From IMG/VR virus record IMGVR_UViG_3300028591_000090, positions 32,001-96,000 of that record: a stretch of 64,000 nucleotides of DNA; one strand, written 5' to 3'. A program made the translations under genes and the position numbers. Shown here in pieces: positions 1 through 9,875 of this stretch (its first letter is position 1; every line of letters begins with the position of its first letter). The notes under the pieces are model-generated. The model saw only the letters and a list, made by a program, of their open reading frames with translations, was not told where the DNA came from and made no database searches. Source of the stretch: a virus. Its lineage: Duplodnaviria; Caudoviricetes.

Positions 1-261
1 CAATATTTCATCGAGGTAACGACTTTCAAACTTTTCATTATAAAAAACTCTTTCTGCTTCAAAGCCATCAAAAAATACTTCACTTACATAAAATTTTCCA
101 TCATAAAATGTTTTAACATACAAAGTTAATGTTGTAACACCAAAAGAAACATCATCAACAACAACTACTATAGACAAATTGTTTGATTGAAAATATTTAT
201 TGATTCTTTCTTCAAAAGCCTCAATATCTTTTTTATACCACCATTTCTTAAACTTATTCAT
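1..261 (-). CDS. hypothetical protein, partial (runs off window start)
   Basis: ATG at 261, open frame MNKFKKWWYKKDIEAF... to the window edge, directly after 267..839. Confidence 0.6.
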   Translation of the reverse strand, partial: MNKFKKWWYKKDIEAFEERINKYFQSNNLSIVVVVDDVSFGVTTLTLYVKTFYDGKFYVSEVFFDGFEAERVFYNEKFESRYLDEIL

Positions 262-266
262 ATCTT

Positions 267-839
267 TTACCAATTATATTCACAAATATCTTTTTCTTCA
301 CCACAACCAGTACATTTAACGCTTATAGCATCTCCAATTGGTCCTGGAGTAATTATATAAGAAACCAAACCTTTACAATCTTTATGTTTTTCTTCAAAAG
401 CACAACATGCTTTTGTTTCATCTACACTCATTTCATATTTTATAGTTTTCGGTTCAATAATATCTTCTTTTTCTTGATAGAAATCTATAATATCAACTAA
501 AGAAAAATATGGTAATTCTCTTTCAATAGAATCTTCTTCTATTAAAACTTTAACATCTGTATTAATAAGAAAACCACGAACAATTCCCTTATGATTATAC
601 CAAGTTACTTTATAACCAAGATATTTATTTAGAAATGATTTAAAAGCATAAAGATTTGTTGTTCTGAATAACATTACTGGAATAACATTCACACAATTAT
701 CCATATATGTTTCAAATATATCCCACTCTTCTATACTACAAATTCGCAATTGTGGTATTTTATCAGAAAAATTTACGACATATTCTGAAAGAACTTTTAA
801 ATTTTTTTCTACTTCTTTTTTATATTCTTCTACCACCAT
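267..839 (-). CDS. hypothetical protein with C-terminal Cys motif
   Basis: ORF track; start overlaps upstream stop; KCTGCG motif. Confidence 0.65.
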   Translation of the reverse strand: MVVEEYKKEVEKNLKVLSEYVVNFSDKIPQLRICSIEEWDIFETYMDNCVNVIPVMLFRTTNLYAFKSFLNKYLGYKVTWYNHKGIVRGFLINTDVKVLIEEDSIERELPYFSLVDIIDFYQEKEDIIEPKTIKYEMSVDETKACCAFEEKHKDCKGLVSYIITPGPIGDAISVKCTGCGEEKDICEYNW

Positions 840-1393
840 AAGTCACTAAAATATTTTATGAATAATTCTTTTGCTTCTTGTACTTTTTTATTATAATTAT
901 CATGCCATTTATCGTATTTTTTTCTTTCTGTACGAATATCATACGGACATTCTGCACCATAATTATCAAACCAATAAAGCATCTTATCAAGGATTTCATT
1001 CCATTGTTCTTCTGTTAGTCCCATTGGACAACCACCGTGATTTTCTCTAAAATCGTGTAAACGAGGTCTAATAAACTCAACAATAGTATTATCAAGATTC
1101 CACATTTCACTATAATCAAACCCACGTTCTAATCGTTGCTGTCTTGCTTCTTCCCAACGGTCATCTGTTGGTTCTATATGAGAGAAATTAACATTTTTTA
1201 TTCCATAAGGATCTTTTGCGTCTTCCTTACGTATTTCATATCTCCACATATCTCTTTTATCTTTACCAACAGCATCTACTGCCGCAACGCCATAATCAGT
1301 CCAAGCGTCAGGAAAATTTTCGTGAAATCTCGCAACGGTTACAACCGAACCAGCCTCTGGTTTTTCATCTTTAAAATAGTGCCACACTTTCAT
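830..1393 (-). CDS. hypothetical phage protein
   Basis: ORF track; operon packing. Confidence 0.65.
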   Translation of the reverse strand: MKVWHYFKDEKPEAGSVVTVARFHENFPDAWTDYGVAAVDAVGKDKRDMWRYEIRKEDAKDPYGIKNVNFSHIEPTDDRWEEARQQRLERGFDYSEMWNLDNTIVEFIRPRLHDFRENHGGCPMGLTEEQWNEILDKMLYWFDNYGAECPYDIRTERKKYDKWHDNYNKKVQEAKELFIKYFSDLWW

Positions 1394-1418
1394 AATATTT
1401 GTTATTAATTATTTGTTA

Positions 1419-2765
1419 TTAATTTTCATCTTCAATATTTGATTCTCCTGCCTCAAGTTCTTTCGTTTCTTTCTCATAAAAACGTGTTGACTTAACTTTA
1501 TAGGATTCAATACCATTGATTTCCTTTCTTACAACACAGCCCTCTTCTGGTTCGCCATTTTGACAAATATAACAATCTTTTTCGTTATAATCATCTTTAA
1601 GGAATTGCAAGAAAGCCTCCTCAAACTCGATTTCAGTCATATCGTGACAAACTCCACCAATATGGTCTGGATAATGTTTGTCAATATATTGTTCTGCTGT
1701 ACCATAGAATAACAAAGGAACAGCATTCAATCCATATTCTTTACAGAAATCTTGTACTTGTTTCATAGAGAATTCAAATACTTGACCATCTACATTTGTG
1801 TATGTGATTCGATAAATGTAAATCTTATGTTCGTTTGGTTGGCAACCATAAGGATAACCCTTTTGAATACAACCACCATCTTTTAGATAGCCTGCAATTT
1901 CATAATAGAACGTCATACCTTTTTTAAGAAATGGTTTCAATTCTTCATTTGCAATCTCCCAAATGTTTTCTCCATAGAAATCGTGACGCTCTCTGTCTTC
2001 GTAAGCAAACTCATTTTTTACAACTTTACGAGATGCATAAACATAGTCATAATCAACAAACGTCTTATTGAATAACTTCTTTTGTAATTTTTCAAACCAA
2101 GATAGGTTTGTTCTATTGCAAAGAATATAAGAAGAGATACCAGATGTACCGTGAATCTTATATGTAACAGAAATCAAATCATCTCTATGAATCTTTGATA
2201 GGTTACGATACAACATTTGCGTATCAATATGGAATCTAAATTGATTATCTACAAGTCTTGATATTCTTTTTAGTTTTCTATTGCTTTTTGATTCTCTAAA
2301 ACCATTAGAACTTTGCTGATGTTTAACAACATATTTACGACAGATTTCATGTCCGTTAATATTATCAAATTGAACACCAATTTCAAGTTCTTCGTCTTCT
2401 GGACGCATAAACCATTTGATTGTTTCCATTCCGACAAACAATCCCTCTGATTCATTACCACGAAGTTTTACACAACGAACAAGACCATTCTTACCGAAGT
2501 AACCTTTTACGTTTGTATCTTCGTTCATTTCTGCTTTTGAATACATATTATTCTTAAACAAAAATGCATTATCCATTTGTGTACCAACAGGGAAAAATAT
2601 ACCTTTCGTTCCTGCTTCTACATCTTTAGTAACAATAACTTTATTACCAAAAATGATAGCGTGACGCAAATTATCACAATTTGGTAAATCTACTAGATGT
2701 TCAATAGTACAAACAATACCACAATAATTTGAATTTACAACTTCTTTAATAACTGCCTTTCCCAT
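1419..2765 (-). CDS. ATP-dependent RNA ligase (Rnl2/DRB0094-like) with N-terminal OB-like domain
   Basis: Nucleotidyltransferase motifs KIHGTS, YYEIAG, EEGCVVR, YKVKS; N-terminus resembles the tRNA-binding OB domain of DRB0094-type ligases. Confidence 0.8.
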   Translation of the reverse strand: MGKAVIKEVVNSNYCGIVCTIEHLVDLPNCDNLRHAIIFGNKVIVTKDVEAGTKGIFFPVGTQMDNAFLFKNNMYSKAEMNEDTNVKGYFGKNGLVRCVKLRGNESEGLFVGMETIKWFMRPEDEELEIGVQFDNINGHEICRKYVVKHQQSSNGFRESKSNRKLKRISRLVDNQFRFHIDTQMLYRNLSKIHRDDLISVTYKIHGTSGISSYILCNRTNLSWFEKLQKKLFNKTFVDYDYVYASRKVVKNEFAYEDRERHDFYGENIWEIANEELKPFLKKGMTFYYEIAGYLKDGGCIQKGYPYGCQPNEHKIYIYRITYTNVDGQVFEFSMKQVQDFCKEYGLNAVPLLFYGTAEQYIDKHYPDHIGGVCHDMTEIEFEEAFLQFLKDDYNEKDCYICQNGEPEEGCVVRKEINGIESYKVKSTRFYEKETKELEAGESNIEDEN

Positions 2766-2780
2766 ATCTTTATTTTTTTT

Positions 2781-2789
2781 GCAAATATA
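2781..2789 (-). promoter_or_regulatory. Bacteroidota primary-sigma -7 element TATATTTGC (representative of ~20 copies)
   Basis: TAnnTTTG just upstream of minus-strand gene starts; also near 4815, 9347, 10440, 11796, 15510, 19721, 21839, 22773, 24651, 25884, 27569, 32308, 37933, 39719, 53473, 53853, 59261, 60582. Confidence 0.8.
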
Positions 2790-2799
2790 AACAATTTTT

Positions 2800-3174
2800 T
2801 CATGAAAAACAATAAATCATTCTACAATTTTTATCAAAACCAATCATTTTTTTAATTAATGACCGTAACATAATAGCATCTGTGACTGTATCTGTTTCAA
2901 AATTCCATTCTTTTTTTTCGTCTTGAATTATTTCTCTTAAATAGTCCATAATATCCTGACTAAAGAATAAACAACCTTTACCATACGTAGACTCTGATAG
3001 CATTTCTTTCGCTTCGTCGGTAATATCATCTGGAAATTTTATTTCACAATATTTATCCAACCAATTAGATATATTACAATCGTGAATATTATCCATTCGT
3101 GATTCAGATACGGCAACCCATTTCTGTTTATCAGAATCGTATTTTTCTCTTATTGTTTTTATATAGCAACCCAT
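2800..3174 (-). CDS. hypothetical phage protein (likely family shared with 22220..22753)
   Basis: Start moved to MGCYIK; C-terminal RMIYCFS resembles RIIYWFD. Confidence 0.6.
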   Translation of the reverse strand: MGCYIKTIREKYDSDKQKWVAVSESRMDNIHDCNISNWLDKYCEIKFPDDITDEAKEMLSESTYGKGCLFFSQDIMDYLREIIQDEKKEWNFETDTVTDAIMLRSLIKKMIGFDKNCRMIYCFS

Positions 3175-3178
3175 AATT

Positions 3179-3826
3179 TTAATAATCAGTATCAGAATCA
3201 AGAATAATTTTTATATTTAAGTCACAACCATCGTAGACTTCCTTTACTCCATCAAGTTTATCAAATCCTTCAAGTTTGTAATAAATGTTTGCATACACAA
3301 ATAGACTACCACATTCGATAAAACCTTGAAATGTTTTAATATTTTCGTTAATTTGATAAATGCCATGATTAAAAGATTCCTCTACACAACGTATAGCATC
3401 CACTAAACAAGCATATGCACTTTTCTTTAAATCTTCTATTGACTCGTATGGAAAACAATAGAAATCTTTTTCTCCATCACATAATGTTTTATTGTTGATT
3501 TCAAATAGTTTTAATAAGTCTGGTTGGTTAAACCGTTCCGAATTTGTTTTCTTTAACAAATCACAAACAATAAATACTCTTTCCCAATTTATTAAACTAT
3601 CATTATCATTAAGAATCTCTTTCAGTCTAAATAACATTGCATCATCCCAAGGTTGTCTGTATGGTCTCTTAAAGACTTTATAATGTTCACTATTTATATC
3701 AACAACAAAATCTTTGTCGCAATTTCCATTAGTTTTTGAGACAATATTTTCTAAATTTGACACTCTCTCTTCAATAGTATCAATACGTTCATTTATACGC
3801 TTTAATGTTTCTGATACACTACTCAT
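3179..3826 (-). CDS. hypothetical protein with N-terminal coiled coil
   Basis: ORF track. Confidence 0.65.
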   Translation of the reverse strand: MSSVSETLKRINERIDTIEERVSNLENIVSKTNGNCDKDFVVDINSEHYKVFKRPYRQPWDDAMLFRLKEILNDNDSLINWERVFIVCDLLKKTNSERFNQPDLLKLFEINNKTLCDGEKDFYCFPYESIEDLKKSAYACLVDAIRCVEESFNHGIYQINENIKTFQGFIECGSLFVYANIYYKLEGFDKLDGVKEVYDGCDLNIKIILDSDTDY

Positions 3827-3833
3827 ATCTATA

Positions 3834-4109
3834 TTATAATTTGTTTAATTTTACATATTCAATTCCTGGTAAATTTTTCAAAAATGTAACAATACTTACA
3901 ACGGCAATACAATCTCCTATTGTTGGAACGTAAGGAATATTGGTTATAAGATTTAATGGTAATGTTAAAAGATATATTCCAAATCCCCAAACCAATCCAA
4001 TAACAACTGAACCAATTATAGTATTACACAAAAGTATAAATGCCTTTACTCCCTCAAGTAAAATCTTTAAAAAGACATCTGATATTTTATCTAAAAATTT
4101 GTTGTTCAT
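3834..4109 (-). CDS. small membrane protein
   Basis: Two hydrophobic segments. Confidence 0.6.
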   Translation of the reverse strand: MNNKFLDKISDVFLKILLEGVKAFILLCNTIIGSVVIGLVWGFGIYLLTLPLNLITNIPYVPTIGDCIAVVSIVTFLKNLPGIEYVKLNKL

Positions 4110-4465
4110 AGTAAAGTAACATTAATTAAATTTTTATCAATACAAATAAGTATTCTTTCAAATGCATCTTCCATACGATAAGTTACATCTTCTTCTTTTG
4201 AATATATATATGTCATACCGTATTTTGTTGGAACAACATAATCAATTCCAGAAATAGTTTCTGTATGTTCTTCAACTTTAAATGGAATACCTATTTCAAA
4301 ATGATATGATATTACACCAGTTGACGGATTTTGTGCTGATTTCAATGTTATAGAAAAACCAGTCTGTTCTATGAAAAATTGAAGAGCATCATCAACAGTT
4401 AATGTTTCTCTATGCCTAATAATTTCATAAATATTTTTTATTTTTCCCTTGTCTATTAATTTCAT
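4106..4465 (-). CDS. hypothetical protein
   Basis: ORF track; ATGA overlap. Confidence 0.6.
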   Translation of the reverse strand: MKLIDKGKIKNIYEIIRHRETLTVDDALQFFIEQTGFSITLKSAQNPSTGVISYHFEIGIPFKVEEHTETISGIDYVVPTKYGMTYIYSKEEDVTYRMEDAFERILICIDKNLINVTLL

Positions 4466-4799
4466 TTCTCAATAATCTTTTTAATATCTTTAATTCTTTT
4501 TTATAATCGTAATTGTTATCCTCATAACAATCATCTAATATATCAACGTAAATTCCTTTACTTCTTCTATAAAACTTATAACAAAGTTCATCAACACAAA
4601 TTTCTTTACAACCACATTTTTTTATATCTAAAAGAATGCAATTGATATTATCCAATGCTTCGGTTTCTGTTGCACCAAATTTTACACCATTTATAGAATA
4701 AAAACCACCAACTTTATATCTTTCGTGGTTAATTAAATTTTGGCTCATTGTAAACACAGAAGCCAAAATCAGCGTTAATATTACAAAAACTCGTTTCAT
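4425..4799 (-). CDS. exported hypothetical protein
   Basis: Start moved to MKRVFVILTLILASVFTMSQ (signal-peptide-like), just downstream of a -7 element. Confidence 0.6.
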   Translation of the reverse strand: MKRVFVILTLILASVFTMSQNLINHERYKVGGFYSINGVKFGATETEALDNINCILLDIKKCGCKEICVDELCYKFYRRSKGIYVDILDDCYEDNNYDYKKELKILKRLLRNEINRQGKNKKYL

Positions 4800-4871
4800 G
4801 TCTTTATATTTTGTGCAAATATAAGTAATTTTTCCACAAAATCCAAATAAATAATAAAAAAAATAAATTAT

Positions 4872-5648
4872 ATGGCTCATATTCCAAGTTTTGAAGAATT
4901 TGTTCAAGGTCAAGAAGAAGTAGAAATTACAGAAGGATTCAAATCTAAATTGGCTGGTACTTTAGGTGGTGCTTTATTGGCTGGTGGATTAAATGCCTCT
5001 CCAACAGACAATCCCGGTGACGAAGACAAATATAACTTTAATAAAACAGAACAATATGTAGATACTCTTCCAAGTAGTTATACTGGCAAACAAGTAGATA
5101 AATACAAACAAGAAAGAGCATTTAATAGTTACAAAGATGTTAGTGACTATGAGAAAGAACATACTCATTCTGTTCCAGTCCCTGTTTGGGATAAACGAAA
5201 TAAAAATATTAGATTAGGTAACATATATACAGGAAACTATAATATTACTGGTGACGCTGACGAATTCTTTGATAACGACGACTTATTATATCTTTACAGT
5301 AAAAACCCAAATATTAATGCAAAAATTGGTGAATTACAAGATAAAGTAAAAAACAATAAAGTTGATTTTGATGACCCGTATTTTTCTTTTAAGATAATTA
5401 AACGTGGACCAAAGAATAAAGACGGTTATATCATTAATGACGCTCTTGGTATCAAACTTACAGTTAGAGATGTGGATAAATTTTTACAAAATATAACAAA
5501 CAAATATACTGTAACAAAAGCTGGAGATACACAAAAGAAAAAAGATAATGAATTATTCCAAAACAAAGATATGACAGAATGGTTTAATATAGTACCAAAG
5601 GGAAGTGTAAGAAGACTTACCTCTACAAAATCAAAAATCCAATTCTAA
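4872..5648 (+). CDS. putative virion/internal head protein
   Basis: N-terminal IPSFEEF motif, upstream TAAATAA, GG-rich hydrophobic segment. Confidence 0.5.
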   Translation: MAHIPSFEEFVQGQEEVEITEGFKSKLAGTLGGALLAGGLNASPTDNPGDEDKYNFNKTEQYVDTLPSSYTGKQVDKYKQERAFNSYKDVSDYEKEHTHSVPVPVWDKRNKNIRLGNIYTGNYNITGDADEFFDNDDLLYLYSKNPNINAKIGELQDKVKNNKVDFDDPYFSFKIIKRGPKNKDGYIINDALGIKLTVRDVDKFLQNITNKYTVTKAGDTQKKKDNELFQNKDMTEWFNIVPKGSVRRLTSTKSKIQF

Positions 5649-5667
5649 TTGAATTGGATTTTTTTAT

Positions 5668-6132
5668 TTACATTTTAAAATCACCGAAACTTGGAATCTT
5701 TATAAAACCTTTACTTTCTGCAAGTTCTTTATACTTATACAATGTAGAATCAATCAATCCAAGAATATCGTCACCATCTGATTTCAATTCTGATTCTTTA
5801 CAATACAATTCCACACCAACACGAACAATCTTTGCTAACTTTTCAAGATAATCAACGACATTTAAATTTTCAACAATAAGAACATTATCAAAAGATTTTA
5901 CTTTTCCGTGTACTCCAAACCAATGTTCAACGAGAGAATCAACTTTTTCTATTACTTCATCGTAAAAATCGTTTAAAATTACGTGTTTTGTATAATCATC
6001 TGTAAGTAAGTGTTGTTTCCATATTTCCAAAGAACTATGCATTAAAGTACCTAAAAATTGTTCTATCGTGAGCATATCACCACCAACTTCTGCTGACATT
6101 TGTATAGTGTTTAATCCTAATTGAATATCCAT
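5668..6132 (-). CDS. ferritin/Dps-like phage protein (DUF5856-like)
   Basis: H...H..L..FY......D.LVE four-helix-bundle pattern. Confidence 0.6.
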   Translation of the reverse strand: MDIQLGLNTIQMSAEVGGDMLTIEQFLGTLMHSSLEIWKQHLLTDDYTKHVILNDFYDEVIEKVDSLVEHWFGVHGKVKSFDNVLIVENLNVVDYLEKLAKIVRVGVELYCKESELKSDGDDILGLIDSTLYKYKELAESKGFIKIPSFGDFKM

Positions 6133-6189
6133 GTCTTATTGTTTTTTTTATTATTTATGCGAGAAATAAATAATAAAAAGATTTATCTT

Positions 6190-8007
6190 ATGCCTAGAGT
6201 AATTAAAAAGAAATACACTTTCAAGTTAGAATTTGATTCTGAAAATACAATATCTGCATCTGGTAATTATAGAATTTTTACAGTTGAAGATACAATGCTT
6301 AATGTAATGAACATATCTAAAATTGTAGATGTTGTTAAAGTATCAGAAGATATAGAAGATAAGTCTTTTTTGGATAATTTAAAGAAATATGTTAGATATT
6401 CTAAAGATGGTAATATATGGTCTATGTGGTATGATTTTACCAATATAGATTTTGAAGACCCAGCAAATATTATTTCTACATTAGAGTTTGACCCAGACGA
6501 TGAGTTTTATATTTCTTTCAAATACGAATATAACAACAACGAAGACTTTGACGAAATAGATACAATCACTATTGAATCTATCGAAACACAACTTACATTA
6601 CGTGAGGTAAAGATTCCACTTGCTCTTAATGCAAAAGTAAATGCTTCTTGTTCTCCAGAATCATGTCCAGAGGCTTTATTCGATAGAAACTCAAAACTTG
6701 ATTTGTATGACATTGGTAATTTAGGAGATGTATACCTTTCTATGTCATATTCAACACAATTATTGGCAGGACTTCCAGTATTGTATTTTCAAACAGCACC
6801 AGAAGAAAGTGGTACTGATTATGTGTTTAGGGAATATACTCTATACAATGTAATACAAAGAAAGTGTGTTAAAGGCGTTGTGAATGGAAATAAATTTCCT
6901 GACGCTTCGTTTATTTATAACAGTACAGATATGAATTATCAAGGACCATTTGAAATTCATTTTGATAGAAAATATTTTGAAGCAATGTTTGGTTCTGGAA
7001 AAGAACCACGTAAAAAAGATTTCCTTTATCTACCAATAATGAACCGTATGTACGAAGTTCAAGACGTTGAAATGGTTCGTGGTCTTATGATGATGCCTGT
7101 CTATTGGAAACTATCTCTTATTAAATTTCAACCAAATATTAATTATCTGCAATCACAAGAAGAAGCAGAATTTCTTGATAATATGATTCTTGACAGCGAA
7201 GAACAATTTGGTAAAGAAGCGAAAGAACAGATTGCAGACGCTACAATGTCAGAACAATTCTCTACTGCTTCAAAGAAAAAAGATGAGGTAAGAACTTATC
7301 TTGATAGGGCTGTTGTTGTCGGAGAAGAAGAAGTAAATTATAATTATACAAGAATGATTTACTACTACTATAATATGAAAGCAACTGGTTATGAAAACGA
7401 AAATTGTGTTATCTATGACCAACCAACAGAAATATCTGTAAACAATGACGCAACTTTCTCTTTCGATTTTAAGATACAAGATGTGTCTGATAAAAATATT
7501 ATAATGCTATCTTCAACAAAACATGATTCTATGTTTGAAATAGGATTAAATATAGGAAAATATATTAATAACAAATATCAAAAATCATATTTATATATTA
7601 AAATAAATGGTTTGGTACAAAAGGTTGTTCTCGATAATATTCTACAAAAAGACACTTGGTATGGCGTTATTATTGGTGTATCGCCAACATACAAACAACT
7701 TGAAATGTATGTTTATTCTTTAGTTAAAGATGAGTTTGATGGTAATGTAACTGGATTCAAAAGAGAAAATTCTTTATTGCTTCCAATCCCATCAGAAGAA
7801 ATTTCTATAAACGAAACAGAAGATACTTTCTGCTTAAAAGCAGGAGATTATTTCATATCAAATGTGAGAATATTTAATAGAAATATGCCAATAGAAAAGC
7901 ATGAATTCATTCTTTCACAATTATTCATAAAAGACGAATCCATGCTTAATGTTATTGATAATTGCAGACCACAATTGGGTATGCCTTATCTTATGAAGAA
8001 ATACTAA
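6190..8007 (+). CDS. virion structural protein, neck/head-closure (T4 gp14-like) region plus LamG-like C-terminus
   Basis: FEIHFDRKYFEAMFG..EPRKKDFLYLP.MNRMYEV resembles gp14-type proteins; upstream TAAATAA; start moved to MPRV. Confidence 0.55.
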   Translation: MPRVIKKKYTFKLEFDSENTISASGNYRIFTVEDTMLNVMNISKIVDVVKVSEDIEDKSFLDNLKKYVRYSKDGNIWSMWYDFTNIDFEDPANIISTLEFDPDDEFYISFKYEYNNNEDFDEIDTITIESIETQLTLREVKIPLALNAKVNASCSPESCPEALFDRNSKLDLYDIGNLGDVYLSMSYSTQLLAGLPVLYFQTAPEESGTDYVFREYTLYNVIQRKCVKGVVNGNKFPDASFIYNSTDMNYQGPFEIHFDRKYFEAMFGSGKEPRKKDFLYLPIMNRMYEVQDVEMVRGLMMMPVYWKLSLIKFQPNINYLQSQEEAEFLDNMILDSEEQFGKEAKEQIADATMSEQFSTASKKKDEVRTYLDRAVVVGEEEVNYNYTRMIYYYYNMKATGYENENCVIYDQPTEISVNNDATFSFDFKIQDVSDKNIIMLSSTKHDSMFEIGLNIGKYINNKYQKSYLYIKINGLVQKVVLDNILQKDTWYGVIIGVSPTYKQLEMYVYSLVKDEFDGNVTGFKRENSLLLPIPSEEISINETEDTFCLKAGDYFISNVRIFNRNMPIEKHEFILSQLFIKDESMLNVIDNCRPQLGMPYLMKKY

Positions 8008-8008
8008 T

Positions 8009-8479
8009 CTATTTCTTATTGAATTTCGACATAAAGGAGAATACAAGATTTGTTTTGCTTGTTTTCTTTGCTTTAGAAATTTCTCCTGTTTCTTCGTCGA
8101 TATAACCAGTTTTCTTCATACAGTCTTCGACAACCTTTCGGTTATTAGCAATCACATCTTCTTGCTGTTTTAATTGATTCCAACGAGGGCAAGATGTGTA
8201 ATCGTACTTAATACCAGTTTCTTGAACCTTGATATTGACATTACGATAAATGAAGTTTGTTCCATAATTCATTGATTCGTTTACGGACTGGTCCACCAAC
8301 TTATCTATTGCAGCGTTAATAACCTCTGAAAGAACTTTAAGTTCGTAACGCAAATCCAATGCCGTTCTTTCACCTTTTTCAACACATGCAACAATATCAT
8401 TTGCTTGTGCTTCAATTTCTTCTTTTGAGACTGTGTTATCAGTCAAGCACTTCTCGATTAATTTTAATTCTATAGCCAT
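8009..8479 (-). CDS. hypothetical phage protein
   Basis: ORF track. Confidence 0.65.
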   Translation of the reverse strand: MAIELKLIEKCLTDNTVSKEEIEAQANDIVACVEKGERTALDLRYELKVLSEVINAAIDKLVDQSVNESMNYGTNFIYRNVNIKVQETGIKYDYTSCPRWNQLKQQEDVIANNRKVVEDCMKKTGYIDEETGEISKAKKTSKTNLVFSFMSKFNKK

Positions 8480-8954
8480 CTGTTATCTTTTTAAATAATT
8501 TCACATCAAAATTTTCAATAGACGTTTTTATTAAATCATAATAAAAAGCGTCCTTCGTTACAACCATATTCTCTATTGTTTTAAGAGAGTGAATTACTGT
8601 TGCGTGATTCTTGTTAAATGACTTACCAATTGCTTTTAGTTGTCGGCAACATACAAATCGCAATATGTAGAAGATAATGCAACGAGCAACAACAACATCT
8701 TTTTCTCTCGTTTCAGACATTACAGATTCTTTCGTTACATTCATTTTTTGACAAACAAAATTAGTAACTTCGTCTGTTGAATAATGATACAAACTCCTAT
8801 CTACATAATAGTCATTTCCTGCAAGTTCACGAATCTGCTTGATGTCATTTTCATCAAGCAGAGTGTAACCTTTTTCTCTATATGCGTGTGCATTTTCTTC
8901 TTTGCACAATACAAAATTTTTAACTTTTTCGTCTTTCTTAATCGCTATATACAT
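8439..8954 (-). CDS. DnaA C-terminal (domain IV) HTH protein
   Basis: S.TR...VVVAR.IIFYI.R....L..IG..FNKNHATVIHS matches the DnaA domain IV pattern; no AAA+ domain. Confidence 0.8.
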   Translation of the reverse strand: MYIAIKKDEKVKNFVLCKEENAHAYREKGYTLLDENDIKQIRELAGNDYYVDRSLYHYSTDEVTNFVCQKMNVTKESVMSETREKDVVVARCIIFYILRFVCCRQLKAIGKSFNKNHATVIHSLKTIENMVVTKDAFYYDLIKTSIENFDVKLFKKITDGYRIKINREVLD

Positions 8955-8979
8955 AATATATAAATTTAAAAATTCAATC

Positions 8980-9318
8980 TTATTTTTTTGCCCAATCTTC
9001 CATGAAATCAACAACGTCCTCTCTTATAAAAAGCATATCTCCGCTTCCGTCTCCCCACCAATCAGAACAATGAGAAAAGAACTCACCTATTATTTTTTTA
9101 TACATAGAACGGAACATTGCAGATATTTTTCGTCCACTAAAATGTCCTGCGTCTTTTGCCTCATTAGTGCAGTACCCATACATACCACGAGTTTCAATTT
9201 TACCATCTATAAGAAATTCTTGATCTCCATCACCCCAAGACCCGAAATTAATCGTATCTTTTAATAATTGTTTTTGCTCATCCGTCAATGTGTCTAAAAG
9301 TTGAACTAATTTTTCCAT
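8980..9318 (-). CDS. hypothetical protein
   Basis: ORF track; own promoter at ~9347. Confidence 0.7.
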   Translation of the reverse strand: MEKLVQLLDTLTDEQKQLLKDTINFGSWGDGDQEFLIDGKIETRGMYGYCTNEAKDAGHFSGRKISAMFRSMYKKIIGEFFSHCSDWWGDGSGDMLFIREDVVDFMEDWAKK

Positions 9319-9395
9319 AACCTTTAATTTTTAAATGTTTAACTGTGCAAATATAAACATTTATTTTAACATATGCAAATTTTTTAAGAAAAATT

Positions 9396-9875
9396 TTACT
9401 TTACTTGTTCAATTTTTTTGAAAATAATACTTCTGACACCAAATCCTTCTGCCAAACACATCTGCGATAAATGGTAGAAAGCAACACATTTTGCGGCAGC
9501 CAAACCTCTTGCAAGAAAAATAACATTAGCATCTTCAAGTTTAATAATCTGTCCCTCTTCGCCATATATAAATATGTCATAATAAGCAATAAACTTGAAA
9601 TACTTTGACGGGTCCACGTATTCTCCCTTTTCAACTAAATCTGCTCTATCGTGGATAATATCTTCTTCTTTTTTTGAAAATTCAACTTCGACTTTTTCTG
9701 GATTATCAATGAATTTTTGCATTAATTTCTGTTTAATGATTGCCATTACCTCATAATAATCCAATCCTGTACCGGCAATAAGTGCGTTTAATGCCGTGGC
9801 AATTGCTTCTATCTTATAGTTTTGTGATCTCTCACAAACATCTAATACCTTGTCTGCTAATTCTTCCCTTGACAC
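9396..9875 (-). CDS. hypothetical protein
   Basis: ORF track. Confidence 0.65.
   Translation of the reverse strand: MSREELADKVLDVCERSQNYKIEAIATALNALIAGTGLDYYEVMAIIKQKLMQKFIDNPEKVEVEFSKKEEDIIHDRADLVEKGEYVDPSKYFKFIAYYDIFIYGEEGQIIKLEDANVIFLARGLAAAKCVAFYHLSQMCLAEGFGVRSIIFKKIEQVK

Noticed and set aside
4800-4913. N-terminal extensions of ORFs 4425, 6121, 8439, 14980, 20273, 54989 and 59811
   Set aside because: They run across promoter elements, tRNAs or neighbouring genes; downstream ATGs fit better.
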